Positions 36,902 to 45,206 of a stretch of DNA of 64,000 nt are shown here, one piece after another. A program made the position numbers and the translations under genes. The DNA comes from Anaerolineales bacterium. GTDB lineage: Bacteria > Chloroflexota > Anaerolineae > Anaerolineales > E44-bin32. Position 1 is the first letter of the stretch. Each line of letters opens with the position of its first letter. Below the pieces are notes generated by a model. The model was given only the letters and a program-made list of their open reading frames with translations, was not told where the DNA came from and made no database searches. The stretch lies in the NCBI GenBank assembly GCA_029210945.1, contig JARGGH010000009.1, positions 11,991 to 75,990 on the forward strand, given 5' to 3'.

Positions 36902-37513
36902 ATGGCAACCTTAACAACGCGTGCAGGTTCAATCATTCAGAACCCGCCTTTTGTGCAGAAACTGTTGAACGATAAACGTTCGACATGGCTCTGGCTTCTC
37001 CCACGATTGTGGCTGGGCTACAAGTGGATCGACGCCGCACTCCACAAGGTGGGTAACCCTGCCTGGGTATCAGGCGGCGAAGCGCTCAAAGGATACTGGC
37101 TGGGCGCGATTGCGATCCCTGAAGCCGGGCGGCCGGCAATCGCATTCGACTGGGATCGTTCATTCCTCCAGATACTGCTCGATGCACAAACCTATACATG
37201 GTTTGCGAAGCTCGTGGCGTATGGCGAACTGCTCGTTGGCATTGCGCTGATCCTGGGTACCTTTACCGGAATCGCGGCTTTCTTCGGCGCTCTTATGAAC
37301 TGGAATTTCATGCTGGCCGGATCAGCAAGCACGAATCCTGTGCTCTTTATCGTAGCAGTTGGCCTGATTCTCGCCTGGAAGGTCTCCGGGTATATCGGCG
37401 CAGACTACTTCCTGCTTCCCTGGATCGGCACGCCTTGGACACCTGGGGCGTCAACTTCTCAAAGTGTTCGTACTCTCGAACCGTCACCCGTGAGGGTAAC
37501 TGTTGATGAGTGA
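36902..37513 (+). CDS. DoxX/DoxD-like membrane protein
   Basis: WLWLLPRLWLGYKWIDAALHK...FAKLVAYGELLVGIALILGTFTGIAAFFGALMNWNFMLAG. ATG at 36902 after GGAGG. The longer track ORF from 36668 was rejected. Confidence 0.75.
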   Translation: MATLTTRAGSIIQNPPFVQKLLNDKRSTWLWLLPRLWLGYKWIDAALHKVGNPAWVSGGEALKGYWLGAIAIPEAGRPAIAFDWDRSFLQILLDAQTYTWFAKLVAYGELLVGIALILGTFTGIAAFFGALMNWNFMLAGSASTNPVLFIVAVGLILAWKVSGYIGADYFLLPWIGTPWTPGASTSQSVRTLEPSPVRVTVDE

Positions 37514-37607
37514 TTGGAATAGTTAAAGGCTTGATGGATAAGTATCTCGGGGGGTTAGGATGGTGGGACCCTAATCCCCCGATACTGCTAACAACGGAAA
37601 GGTTGAG

Positions 37608-37838
37608 ATGGGGAAAGCAATAGACCCGGTTTGCGGCATGGATGTAGATCTCTCAAGGGCAATCTGGAAGAAGGACGTGGGCACTCGCACGTTTTATTTC
37701 TGTAGCCGGGTTTGCAGGCATACCTTCCTGGAAAATCTTGATGAAATGATTTTCTTGGAGTCTATGAAAGTCGCCAAACCTAGATCTCGGTCCGGGCCGG
37801 TTTCCAATGAAACCGCTAAGGAAGGATACGAATCATGA
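37608..37838 (+). CDS. YHS/TRASH domain protein
   Basis: IDPVCGMDVDLSRA...FYFCSRVCRHTFLEN. Confidence 0.85.
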   Translation: MGKAIDPVCGMDVDLSRAIWKKDVGTRTFYFCSRVCRHTFLENLDEMIFLESMKVAKPRSRSGPVSNETAKEGYES

Positions 37839-38134
37839 AGAATTGTCATGTTGAGACAATGAACAAACAAATCACGCCGGAGGAACGCGAGAATCTGACT
37901 GGCGCGACGCTTGAGATTATGGGCATGGGCTGTGGCAATTGCGCAAATCGAGTCCGAAACAGCCTGCTTCAGCTGCATGGCGTGGTTGCTGCGCAGGTTG
38001 ACCACATCTCTGGCCTTGGGCTAGTGCAATTTAATCCAACCATGGTATCCCCTCGACAGCTCACTCAGGCTGTCTCGGCCGCGGGCGGTGATGGTAAACA
38101 TGAATATGCCGCCAGGCTCCTTTCGAGAGCCTGA
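37835..38134 (+). CDS. heavy-metal-associated (HMA) domain protein, CopZ-like
   Basis: LEIMGMGCGNCANRVRNSLLQLHGVVAAQVD. The ATG overlaps the TGA of the YHS gene (ATGA). Confidence 0.8.
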   Translation: MKNCHVETMNKQITPEERENLTGATLEIMGMGCGNCANRVRNSLLQLHGVVAAQVDHISGLGLVQFNPTMVSPRQLTQAVSAAGGDGKHEYAARLLSRA

Positions 38135-38140
38135 CAGGCA

Positions 38141-38181
38141 CCCACCGGCGGGCCGCTCGGTTGCCCGGGCAAAGCGGTGGG
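38141..38181 (+). terminator. compound GC-rich hairpin after the HMA gene (no U tract)
   Basis: CCCACCG (38141-38147) pairs with CGGTGGG (38175-38181), with an inner CGGGC/GCCCG stem. Confidence 0.35.
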
Positions 38182-38289
38182 TAGAAGCTAGGACTCCTGG
38201 ACATTGTTCTCGAAAACCGGATATGTACATTTTGTGATCCGCTGGAGCTCCCCCCTTTAAATAACTACTCGAAAACGATGAGGTGACGT

Positions 38290-39114
38290 ATGGCTTTTCA
38301 TCTTGGTCCTCTGACAATCCGCATTTATGGTGTCATCATCATGCTTGGCGCACTCGCGGGAGCATTCCTGGCACAGCGCCTTGCCCAAAAGCAGGGCGAG
38401 AATCCCGAACTTGTCTGGGACGGCCTGATCTGGGTGCTTCTCGGCGGGATCCTGGGTGCCCGCATCTGGCATATTCTCACCCCACCCCCTTCGATGGTTG
38501 AGCGTGGGATAACGACAGCATATTACCTGTCCCATCCGCTCGATGCGCTCGCCATTTGGAAGGGTGGTCTGGGAATCCCTGGGGCTGTTGTCGGCGGCGT
38601 GATCGCCTTATTTCTTTTCTCCAGAAGGCAGAAACTTCCCTTCTTAACCTGGTTGGATATCTCCGCCCCAGCACTCGCTTTAGGCCAGGCTATTGGGCGT
38701 TGGGGAAATTTTGTCAACCAGGAACTGTATGGCGCTCCAACCGACCTGCCGTGGGCGATCTTCATCGAGCCGCGCTTTCGGCTTCCGGAGTTCATCGACC
38801 AAGGGTTCTACCATCCATTGTTCTTATACGAATCCCTATGGAATCTTGCGAACGTGGTCCTGCTCATTTGGTTGGGCAGGCGCTTTTCAAAGCAGCTCCG
38901 TACGGGGGATATCTTCCTCGTCTACCTCGTCGTATATCCCGTGGGACGGTTCTTGCTCGAATTTCTCCGTTTGGATGCCTCCCAGGTTGCCGGGCTGAAT
39001 ATCAATCAGACCCTTATGGCTTTTGTAGGTACGTTCGCGCTCCTGGCCTTCATTCTGCGGCGCATTCTCGACAGATCGCGCCAGAAGCGACCAGAGGTTG
39101 TGACCGTTGAGTAA
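38290..39114 (+). CDS. lgt: prolipoprotein diacylglyceryl transferase
   Basis: IWKGGLGIPGAVVGG, GQAIGRWGNFVNQELYGAPTDLPWAI, and seven hydrophobic helices. Confidence 0.9.
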   Translation: MAFHLGPLTIRIYGVIIMLGALAGAFLAQRLAQKQGENPELVWDGLIWVLLGGILGARIWHILTPPPSMVERGITTAYYLSHPLDALAIWKGGLGIPGAVVGGVIALFLFSRRQKLPFLTWLDISAPALALGQAIGRWGNFVNQELYGAPTDLPWAIFIEPRFRLPEFIDQGFYHPLFLYESLWNLANVVLLIWLGRRFSKQLRTGDIFLVYLVVYPVGRFLLEFLRLDASQVAGLNINQTLMAFVGTFALLAFILRRILDRSRQKRPEVVTVE

Positions 39115-39192
39115 GAAGCAACATACAGGATTCAGGGAAAAGGGTTTCATCAAGCCCCCACGCGAGTACCAGAACATCAAAGCGTTTGTTTG

Positions 39193-39861
39193 ATGCGCAA
39201 CCGCCTATCGCCAGAGGGCAAAGCATCACGATCTGTTCTGCGATGGCTTGGGTTCTACGTAGCTGTATTTGCCGGTGTCTTGGTTGGGTGGCGTCTCTTT
39301 CTCTCAGCACCTCCGGACCGTGAACCTGAGCCTACACCGACCAGGGAGGTCGGGCGCCAGGCACCTGCGTTGGAGGTAGATCTCCCCGAGACCGGCAAGA
39401 CTTCACAGAATTTAGGTCAAGCGGTCAGGGTAGGATCCATTGCCCCGGATTTCACGTTGCCCGAACTCGATGGTTCTGAGATAACCCTGAGCGCCCTGCG
39501 CGGGAATGTCGTGTTGATTAACTTCTGGACGACCTGGTGCCCGCCGTGTAGATACGAGATGCCTGCACTCCAGGAAACATACAGGCGGTTCAAAGATGAC
39601 GGATTCATCGTTCTCGCAGTGAATTGGACCCAGCTTGATGAGCGAGAAGCGGTGGCTCCATATGTGCAGGAGCTGGGCTTAAGCTTTCCAATCCTGCTGG
39701 ACGAGAACGGGCAGATTTCAGATAATCTATATAATGTCATCGGCCTTCCAACCAGCATCTTCGTAGATGGGGATGGAGTCGTGCAGGAGATCGTTGTGGG
39801 ACCGCTCTCGCTTGGTGATTTGGACACAAAAGTCCAATCGTTGCTCCAGAGAAATTTATGA
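39193..39861 (+). CDS. TlpA/ResA-type membrane-anchored thioredoxin
   Basis: TM anchor, then VVLINFWTTWCPPCRYEMPAL (WCPPC). Confidence 0.88.
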   Translation: MRNRLSPEGKASRSVLRWLGFYVAVFAGVLVGWRLFLSAPPDREPEPTPTREVGRQAPALEVDLPETGKTSQNLGQAVRVGSIAPDFTLPELDGSEITLSALRGNVVLINFWTTWCPPCRYEMPALQETYRRFKDDGFIVLAVNWTQLDEREAVAPYVQELGLSFPILLDENGQISDNLYNVIGLPTSIFVDGDGVVQEIVVGPLSLGDLDTKVQSLLQRNL

Positions 39862-40628
39862 ATACATCCATTCCGGATTCTGACCGAAAAACCTCCCGCC
39901 TCTCCACGCTGGGACATGCGCTCTTCTTCGTAGGAGGGTTTTCACTGGTTTTCATCCTCGGTTGGGGCGGAGGAGCCACGGTGTTCGGGCAGCTCTTCAG
40001 CCAATACAAGTATGTTCTGGGTCGGATCGGGGGAGTCGTCGTCATCCTCTTCGGATTGGTCACCCTTGGTGTTTTGAAGGTTCCGTGGCTGATGGCGGAT
40101 ACACGCCCTCAGATGAAGCGCTGGGGGTCCAACCAACTGCTCAATTCAGGCCTCTTCGGAATTCTATTCGCAGCGGGTTGGACGCCCTGTGTGGGGGCGA
40201 CGCTCGGTGCAATCCTCACTCTCGGATTCAGCCAGGACACTGCTGGGCAGGCGATGATCCTCTCTTCAGGTTACGCCCTGGGACTGGGTCTTCCGTTTCT
40301 CGGCCTCTCATTGATCCTGGACCGGGCCCTTGGCGTCATCCGGCGATTTCAGCGACATATCCGGACGTTTCAGTGGATCAGCGGTCTGCTCATCATCGCC
40401 ATAGGGGTGCTGATGGTCACCAATCGCATTACCTACATCGCGATTTGGGCGCAGCGAAATGGTTTCTTCCTTGACCTGCCCCTCGGTGGCGCATCTGCAC
40501 CAACCTACCTGGCATCCGTCGCGGCAGGGACGCTGTCATTCCTCAGCCCGTGTGTCCTGCCCCTCGTTCCAGCTTACCTGGGCTACCTGAGCGGTCAGGG
40601 TACTCTAGGTACCATGCAGTCCTCGTAA
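39858..40628 (+). CDS. ccdA: CcdA-type cytochrome c biogenesis thiol-disulfide transporter with permuted helix order
   Basis: ILFAAGWTPCVGATLGAIL (canonical helix-4 motif) lies in the middle. TLSFLSPCVLPLVPAYLGYLSG (canonical helix-1 motif) lies at the extreme C-terminus. The ATG overlaps the TGA of the TlpA gene (ATGA). Confidence 0.85.
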   Translation: MNTSIPDSDRKTSRLSTLGHALFFVGGFSLVFILGWGGGATVFGQLFSQYKYVLGRIGGVVVILFGLVTLGVLKVPWLMADTRPQMKRWGSNQLLNSGLFGILFAAGWTPCVGATLGAILTLGFSQDTAGQAMILSSGYALGLGLPFLGLSLILDRALGVIRRFQRHIRTFQWISGLLIIAIGVLMVTNRITYIAIWAQRNGFFLDLPLGGASAPTYLASVAAGTLSFLSPCVLPLVPAYLGYLSGQGTLGTMQSS

Positions 40629-40719
40629 AGGAGCCCTGGAAAATACCCCGCATAGGGATTGCTTAGATAATCCTGCCCGCCCTGAGTTCGTGTGAGAGAG
40701 TCCGGACATACACGCATAT

Positions 40720-41961
40720 TTGCGCATTGATTCGCAGGAAGCGAGCCGTTATTCTCTCGGCATGCAATGTGATGAAAATGCATCAAGTGCTGAAGATGTG
40801 AAGATCGAGATCGAATCCTATCGAACAATCCTCAACCGTATTCGGTGCTGGCTGTCCCAATTCCTCAATCATCTGTCGGCCAGCAAAGCCGTTCGGAAAC
40901 GAGTCTTAATGGTTGCTGCGTTTGCTGTGTTGGGATCCGTGTTCGCAATCGGCTCACAGACAGGTTGGATTTCCGTTAGAGCGGAAGGGTCCACTCATGA
41001 TGTAGTAGAAGAGCAACAGGCAACAGACCCGGAAGAGCAAAACTTGAACACCACCCTCCTGCCTGCCTTCCAACCAGAGACGAGAGATTTTTCGGGAGTG
41101 CAGAGATCTATTGACATCCACACGGAGATCCCCGATCGTCCCAGGATGGACGTAATTACCTATTCCGTAAGTGTTGGAGACACGATTTTTGGCATCGCTG
41201 ACCGCTTTGGCCTCAAGCCTGAGACTGTTCTCTGGGGAAACTATGATGTTCTGCAAGACGATCCCCATAGTCTCCGGCCCGGCCAGGAGCTCAACATCCT
41301 CCCCGTCGATGGAACTTATTATGTGTGGTCCGAAGGCGACAGACTGGAAGTGGTCGCAGCGTTTTTTGGCGTTGATCCACAGGAGATCATCGATTGGCCA
41401 GGCAACGAGCTCAGCCCGGACATAGATTTCGACAATCCTGAAATCGCTGCCGGGACCGCACTGGTCGTCCCGGATGGCCGCAGAGAGTTCGTCAGCTGGC
41501 AGGCGCCCAGAATCACCCGCAGCAACCCTGCTGTAGCTCGAATTGCAGGACCGGGCGCTTGTGGCTCGATTTACGATGGGCCGGTTGGTGAGGGCTTCTT
41601 CGTCTGGCCAACCACGGCAACATTCCTGTCCGGGAACAATTATTCAAGCTTCCATCCCGGGATTGATATCGCCGGAAGCATGGGCAACGCGATCTTTGCA
41701 TCGGCGAGCGGAGTGGTTGTCTATGCTGGCTGGAACGATTACGGCTATGGATACATGGCGGTCATAGACCATGGCGATGGTTGGCAGACACTCTACGCAC
41801 ATATGAGTCAGGTGAATGTCTCCTGCGGGCAGGGCGTGTTCCAGGGTTCGGTCATCGGTGGCGTGGGGTCATCGGGAAATTCCACTGGCGCGCATCTGCA
41901 CTTCGAGATGCAGAGCGACGTCTATGGCAAGGTTAACCCATATGACTTCGTATCCCCCTAG
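40720..41961 (+). CDS. LysM-domain M23 family metallopeptidase
   Basis: YSVSVGDTIFGIADRFG and YYVWSEGDRLEVVAAFFG (LysM-like). HPGIDIAG...DHGDGWQTLYAHMS...GAHLHFEM (M23). The exact start is uncertain. Confidence 0.85.
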   Translation: MRIDSQEASRYSLGMQCDENASSAEDVKIEIESYRTILNRIRCWLSQFLNHLSASKAVRKRVLMVAAFAVLGSVFAIGSQTGWISVRAEGSTHDVVEEQQATDPEEQNLNTTLLPAFQPETRDFSGVQRSIDIHTEIPDRPRMDVITYSVSVGDTIFGIADRFGLKPETVLWGNYDVLQDDPHSLRPGQELNILPVDGTYYVWSEGDRLEVVAAFFGVDPQEIIDWPGNELSPDIDFDNPEIAAGTALVVPDGRREFVSWQAPRITRSNPAVARIAGPGACGSIYDGPVGEGFFVWPTTATFLSGNNYSSFHPGIDIAGSMGNAIFASASGVVVYAGWNDYGYGYMAVIDHGDGWQTLYAHMSQVNVSCGQGVFQGSVIGGVGSSGNSTGAHLHFEMQSDVYGKVNPYDFVSP

Positions 41962-42047
41962 GAAAGCACAATGCAGTCCAGAATAGTCGACGAGCAATCC
42001 CGTTTTGCCGCCCTCGCGCCGCTCTGATTGACACGCACACGTACGTC

Positions 42048-42290
42048 CTACTCCAAATCCAGCAATTGTTTGAGTTTATCTTTGTCGAAACCCACCACCA
42101 CTTCACCGTCTATCAGGGTGACAGGGATAGTGGAGAAATACCCCAATTCCTCAAGTTCATTAATTGCCTCAGGATCACTCGTTACATCACGATCTTCGTA
42201 TTCAATGCCCTTCTCAGAAAGCCACGCTTTCTCAAGTCCACAGAAGTGTCAGCCGGGTTGAGAATAGACGATTACTTTTGGAGCGTTCAT
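42048..42290 (-). CDS. glutaredoxin-like (NrdH/YruB-type) protein with in-frame TGA at the first active-site Cys; candidate selenoprotein or fresh pseudogene
   Basis: Not in the ORF track. GGAGGG lies 7 nt before the ATG at 42290. Hand translation: MNAPKVIVYSQPG[TGA]HFCGLEKAWLSEKGIEYEDRDVTSDPEAINELEELGYFSTIPVTLIDGEVVVGFDKDKLKQLLDLE, then TAG (42050-42048). The TGA is at 42251-42249. Confidence 0.6.
42210..42246 (-). promoter_or_regulatory. candidate bacterial SECIS-like hairpin just 3' of the in-frame UGA
   Basis: mRNA sense: UGA-CA-CUUCU-GUGGACUUG-AGAAAGC-GUG-GCUUUCU-G-AGAAG. This gives a 5-bp outer stem and a 7-bp inner stem, with the apical loop about 23 nt after the UGA. Drawn by hand, not energy-evaluated. 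Confidence 0.3.
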
Positions 42291-42553
42291 CGTTGGGCCC
42301 TCCATATCCAAATAGATCATTCGAATTTATTCACCGGGGGTACGGTACGGTGCGCAATCGCCTGGCGGCGTTGATGAGATATGCGATAAGGGGCCCTTAC
42401 ACTATCACACAGCTCTTGAGATTTCACTGTGCCTGCTGTGAAGCTTGCTGGCTTTCGTCGTCTGCTATATTCAGGTTCTTGCTCTCTTCAAGGGTGAAAA
42501 CGCTGCTTTTATAGCTATCACAGATGCAGGAGCCGTGCAGCCATCGCCCACGG

Positions 42554-43285
42554 TCATGAGGAACCCTGAACATACCGTAAGCGCAAACCAATCAATGCGA
42601 GAATTAAGATCAGCAGGCTGACGATCTGTCCAAGCCTGTAAACGTCGAGAACGATCACGCTGTCCCCCCGAAAAGCCTCCAGGAAAAGTCGTGCGGCAGA
42701 GGCCATGCTCAGCCACAGGAAGAACGTCGTTCCTGAGGGGATCCTGGTTTTCCTCAGCCGCCACAGCGCGAGCAGAATCAGCGCTCCCAACACGATCTCA
42801 TACATCTGGGTTGGGTGGCGCCTGGCGCCCCAGAGCTCGATCGCCCACGGAAGATCGCTCACCGCGCCAAACGCATCGCCGCTAGACAGGTTGGCAAGAC
42901 CGATTGCCACAGCCATGGAGTTGAACGGGATGGCAAGGGCATCCAAAGTCGCCCAGAGAGGCATCGACTTTCGCTGGCCGTAGATGACGGCCGCGATAAC
43001 CGCCGTGAGAATACCTTCAAGCGGCGCGATTGTGGAGGGGTTTAGCGCAAAAAGACTGAGCGGTTCTTGGAGATAGACATCGAGGTAGCGCACAGCATAC
43101 CAGATTCGGGCGCCGAGTATCCCGGCGATCAAACCGAGGAACACCATGTTGTTCAGCTTCGTCGCGGAGACGTTGTGCCGTGGAGCGACGCGATCGATCA
43201 GCCAGGTGGCAACCCAGACCCCGGCGAGCAGGAAGAGGCCGGGAAGTTGAATCGCCAGCGGTCCGAGTTGCAGCAGCGGGAACAT
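42554..43285 (-). CDS. divergent Lgt-like paralogue
   Basis: It shares LGPLAIQLPG, ILGARIWY, DLPWAIELW, RRHPTQMYE and LFLEAFRGD with Lgt. It lacks the GRWGNF-N-E box (reads GLANLSSGDAFG) and the W-GG box. It starts immediately after the TlpA stop. Confidence 0.7.
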   Translation of the reverse strand: MFPLLQLGPLAIQLPGLFLLAGVWVATWLIDRVAPRHNVSATKLNNMVFLGLIAGILGARIWYAVRYLDVYLQEPLSLFALNPSTIAPLEGILTAVIAAVIYGQRKSMPLWATLDALAIPFNSMAVAIGLANLSSGDAFGAVSDLPWAIELWGARRHPTQMYEIVLGALILLALWRLRKTRIPSGTTFFLWLSMASAARLFLEAFRGDSVIVLDVYRLGQIVSLLILILALIGLRLRYVQGSS

Positions 43286-43840
43286 TCAGGAGCCCTCCTC
43301 AAGGATCTCTTCCACGGCCGTTTGAATCGTGGTCTCGCTCATCGGCCCGCCGAAAACAACCTTGCGGATGATGCCATCCCGGTCGACGAAGAAGGTTGAT
43401 GGGAGGGCGCGCAGTTGGTACTGCCTGGATACGCCGCCATCCCTATCCATAGGTATCGGGAAAGTCAACCCATATTCCTGTACGAAAGCCTGTGCGTCAC
43501 GCTCGCTGTCCTGGTATGTAGTGTTTACCGCCAGCACTTCTAAACCCCGATCGCGATTTTTTTCATACACAGCCTGGATGGCAGGCATTTCAGCCCGGCA
43601 AGGCGGGCACCATGAGGCCCAGATGTTAATAAGCACCGCTTGGCCTCGAAGCTCGGAAAGCGTCACCTCGCCTCCGGCCAATGTCCCAAGTGTGAAATCT
43701 GGGGCTGCAAACCCTTCGCGAGGGCTCGGGATCGCTCCACCTGTCGTCGCAGCTACCGGGACAGCGGACATCTGAATCCAGGCAAGCCCGATGATGAGGG
43801 TAAGTGTCAAGACCCCCATCCACCGGTTACGATTCTTCAT
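43286..43840 (-). CDS. TlpA/ResA-type membrane-anchored thioredoxin
   Basis: TM anchor (WMGVLTLTLIIGLAWIQ), then AVLINIWASWCPPCRAEMPAI. ATG at 43840. Confidence 0.88.
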   Translation of the reverse strand: MKNRNRWMGVLTLTLIIGLAWIQMSAVPVAATTGGAIPSPREGFAAPDFTLGTLAGGEVTLSELRGQAVLINIWASWCPPCRAEMPAIQAVYEKNRDRGLEVLAVNTTYQDSERDAQAFVQEYGLTFPIPMDRDGGVSRQYQLRALPSTFFVDRDGIIRKVVFGGPMSETTIQTAVEEILEEGS

Positions 43841-44008
43841 CTGAATGAGTATTTTTTCAATCACACCTTTGGACCTTTGACTGGCCTTGAACCCCATATG
43901 TGGCCTCTCGATAATGAAGTTCAGTGGACCTCTTCTGCTTGTTCAAAGTACCGTGTATGAATTTCAATCTATTAGATCGTCTACACGGGCGAAGACCTCT
44001 ATAAGCGT

Positions 44009-45154
44009 TCATCTATCCCAGATAAAGCCGTCATCTTGAAGATCATCAAGGAAAAATCCGGCGTCAATTAATTGTTCGATATGGAACACTCCTGACGGGA
44101 GTTGATTCCTGAACGCGAGGGCAGCTACCTTAGCCGCGACAATGCCCGTGGATCGTCCCTCTCCCCTTCCCATGATCGCAGTTTCATAGTCAGGTTCCCC
44201 ATTGTTCATTTCCCTACCAACCTTAACTTGCAAGACAAAGAGGTCAGCACCAATGTGAATAGATTTCATCAGTTTGACAAGAGCTCGTTGCATCCAGGAG
44301 GTTTGAAGCAACCTGCGCGTTACGCTCCGGGTTGATGCAGCTATCATCCGGGTTGCAGGCGCCGAATCAAAGCAAAGCCAGGTTGAGGCCGAATCAAAAT
44401 TCAAAGTCTTCATCAACGTGTGTTGATCAGAGAAGTTAAACCGGTAGGCCCTTCTCGCTCCAATAGCACCGGGAAAGATAGTTTCCCGATATTCTTCGAA
44501 ATTGCGACGCTTGTGCACTTTCCCGTTTTCTTGTTTCCAGAAATCAGCAAAGAGGTTCTTAACCGTCCATTGGATCGCGTCATCACCATGGCGATCTCCC
44601 AGTCCTAAGAGAATAAAGATATCAAGGAGGTTCGCGTCCCGGGACCTCGTTTGTGCATAGCTTGCTAGTAGATTCGTCAACCCGGGGGAAAGACCAACAC
44701 TCAGCAATACCGTGCTCCCGCTTAGTCTAGCTTCATTATCCAGCGCTTCTAACTGTTCCAGGAGGTCAATGCTCGCTGTGATATCAATATAGTCGATCCC
44801 GTATTCTATACATTTGTAAACGAAATCGGTGCCTTGTTGGTCCACGCACATAACGACAAGACCAACCTCGTCCAGGACATCGTCCAGCGAATCCGGTTTG
44901 TGGACATCCAGTGTCATGGGGATGATTTCCAATTCCACGTCACGGACGAAGTCCCTAGCCGTCTGGATGTTTCTTCCAGCGACAATTACCCTTCCGGGGA
45001 ATTCTGTCCCTAGGCGTTTGGTGATTGTCCTGCCCACATTTCCATACCCCCCGACGACAAGGATGTTCCTTGCTGCTCGAGCTTGAGTTGAGGTCTTATC
45101 CAGATCCCGCTTGACTTGTTTACCGACTGAACTCTCTTGATGCTTGTTATCCAT
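44009..45154 (-). CDS. saccharopine dehydrogenase-like NAD(P)-binding protein
   Basis: ILVVGGYGNVGRTITKRL Rossmann motif, with length and layout of the Sacchrp_dh family. Confidence 0.75.
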   Translation of the reverse strand: MDNKHQESSVGKQVKRDLDKTSTQARAARNILVVGGYGNVGRTITKRLGTEFPGRVIVAGRNIQTARDFVRDVELEIIPMTLDVHKPDSLDDVLDEVGLVVMCVDQQGTDFVYKCIEYGIDYIDITASIDLLEQLEALDNEARLSGSTVLLSVGLSPGLTNLLASYAQTRSRDANLLDIFILLGLGDRHGDDAIQWTVKNLFADFWKQENGKVHKRRNFEEYRETIFPGAIGARRAYRFNFSDQHTLMKTLNFDSASTWLCFDSAPATRMIAASTRSVTRRLLQTSWMQRALVKLMKSIHIGADLFVLQVKVGREMNNGEPDYETAIMGRGEGRSTGIVAAKVAALAFRNQLPSGVFHIEQLIDAGFFLDDLQDDGFIWDR

Positions 45155-45206
45155 GCGTTTCCTTAATCACCGGAAGACTCGAAATGTTGTCACGAATCCG
45201 CAGCCT

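Noticed and set aside
42249-42251. An alternative genetic code (TGA read as Gly or Trp) as the explanation for the in-frame TGA in the glutaredoxin-like gene.
   Set aside because: TGA is used as a normal stop by many well-supported genes in this window, for example the response regulator at 222-224, the gene ending at 31586, and the YHS and TlpA genes with ATGA overlaps. A genome-wide reassignment is therefore not tenable.
42471-42557. A 28-codon ORF (MTVGDGCTAPASVIAIKAAFSPLKRART) whose ATG overlaps the TGA of the Lgt-like gene (ATGA).
   Set aside because: The stop-start overlap is suggestive, but the peptide has no recognisable feature and no RBS. Chance occurrence cannot be excluded. It is not reported as a feature.
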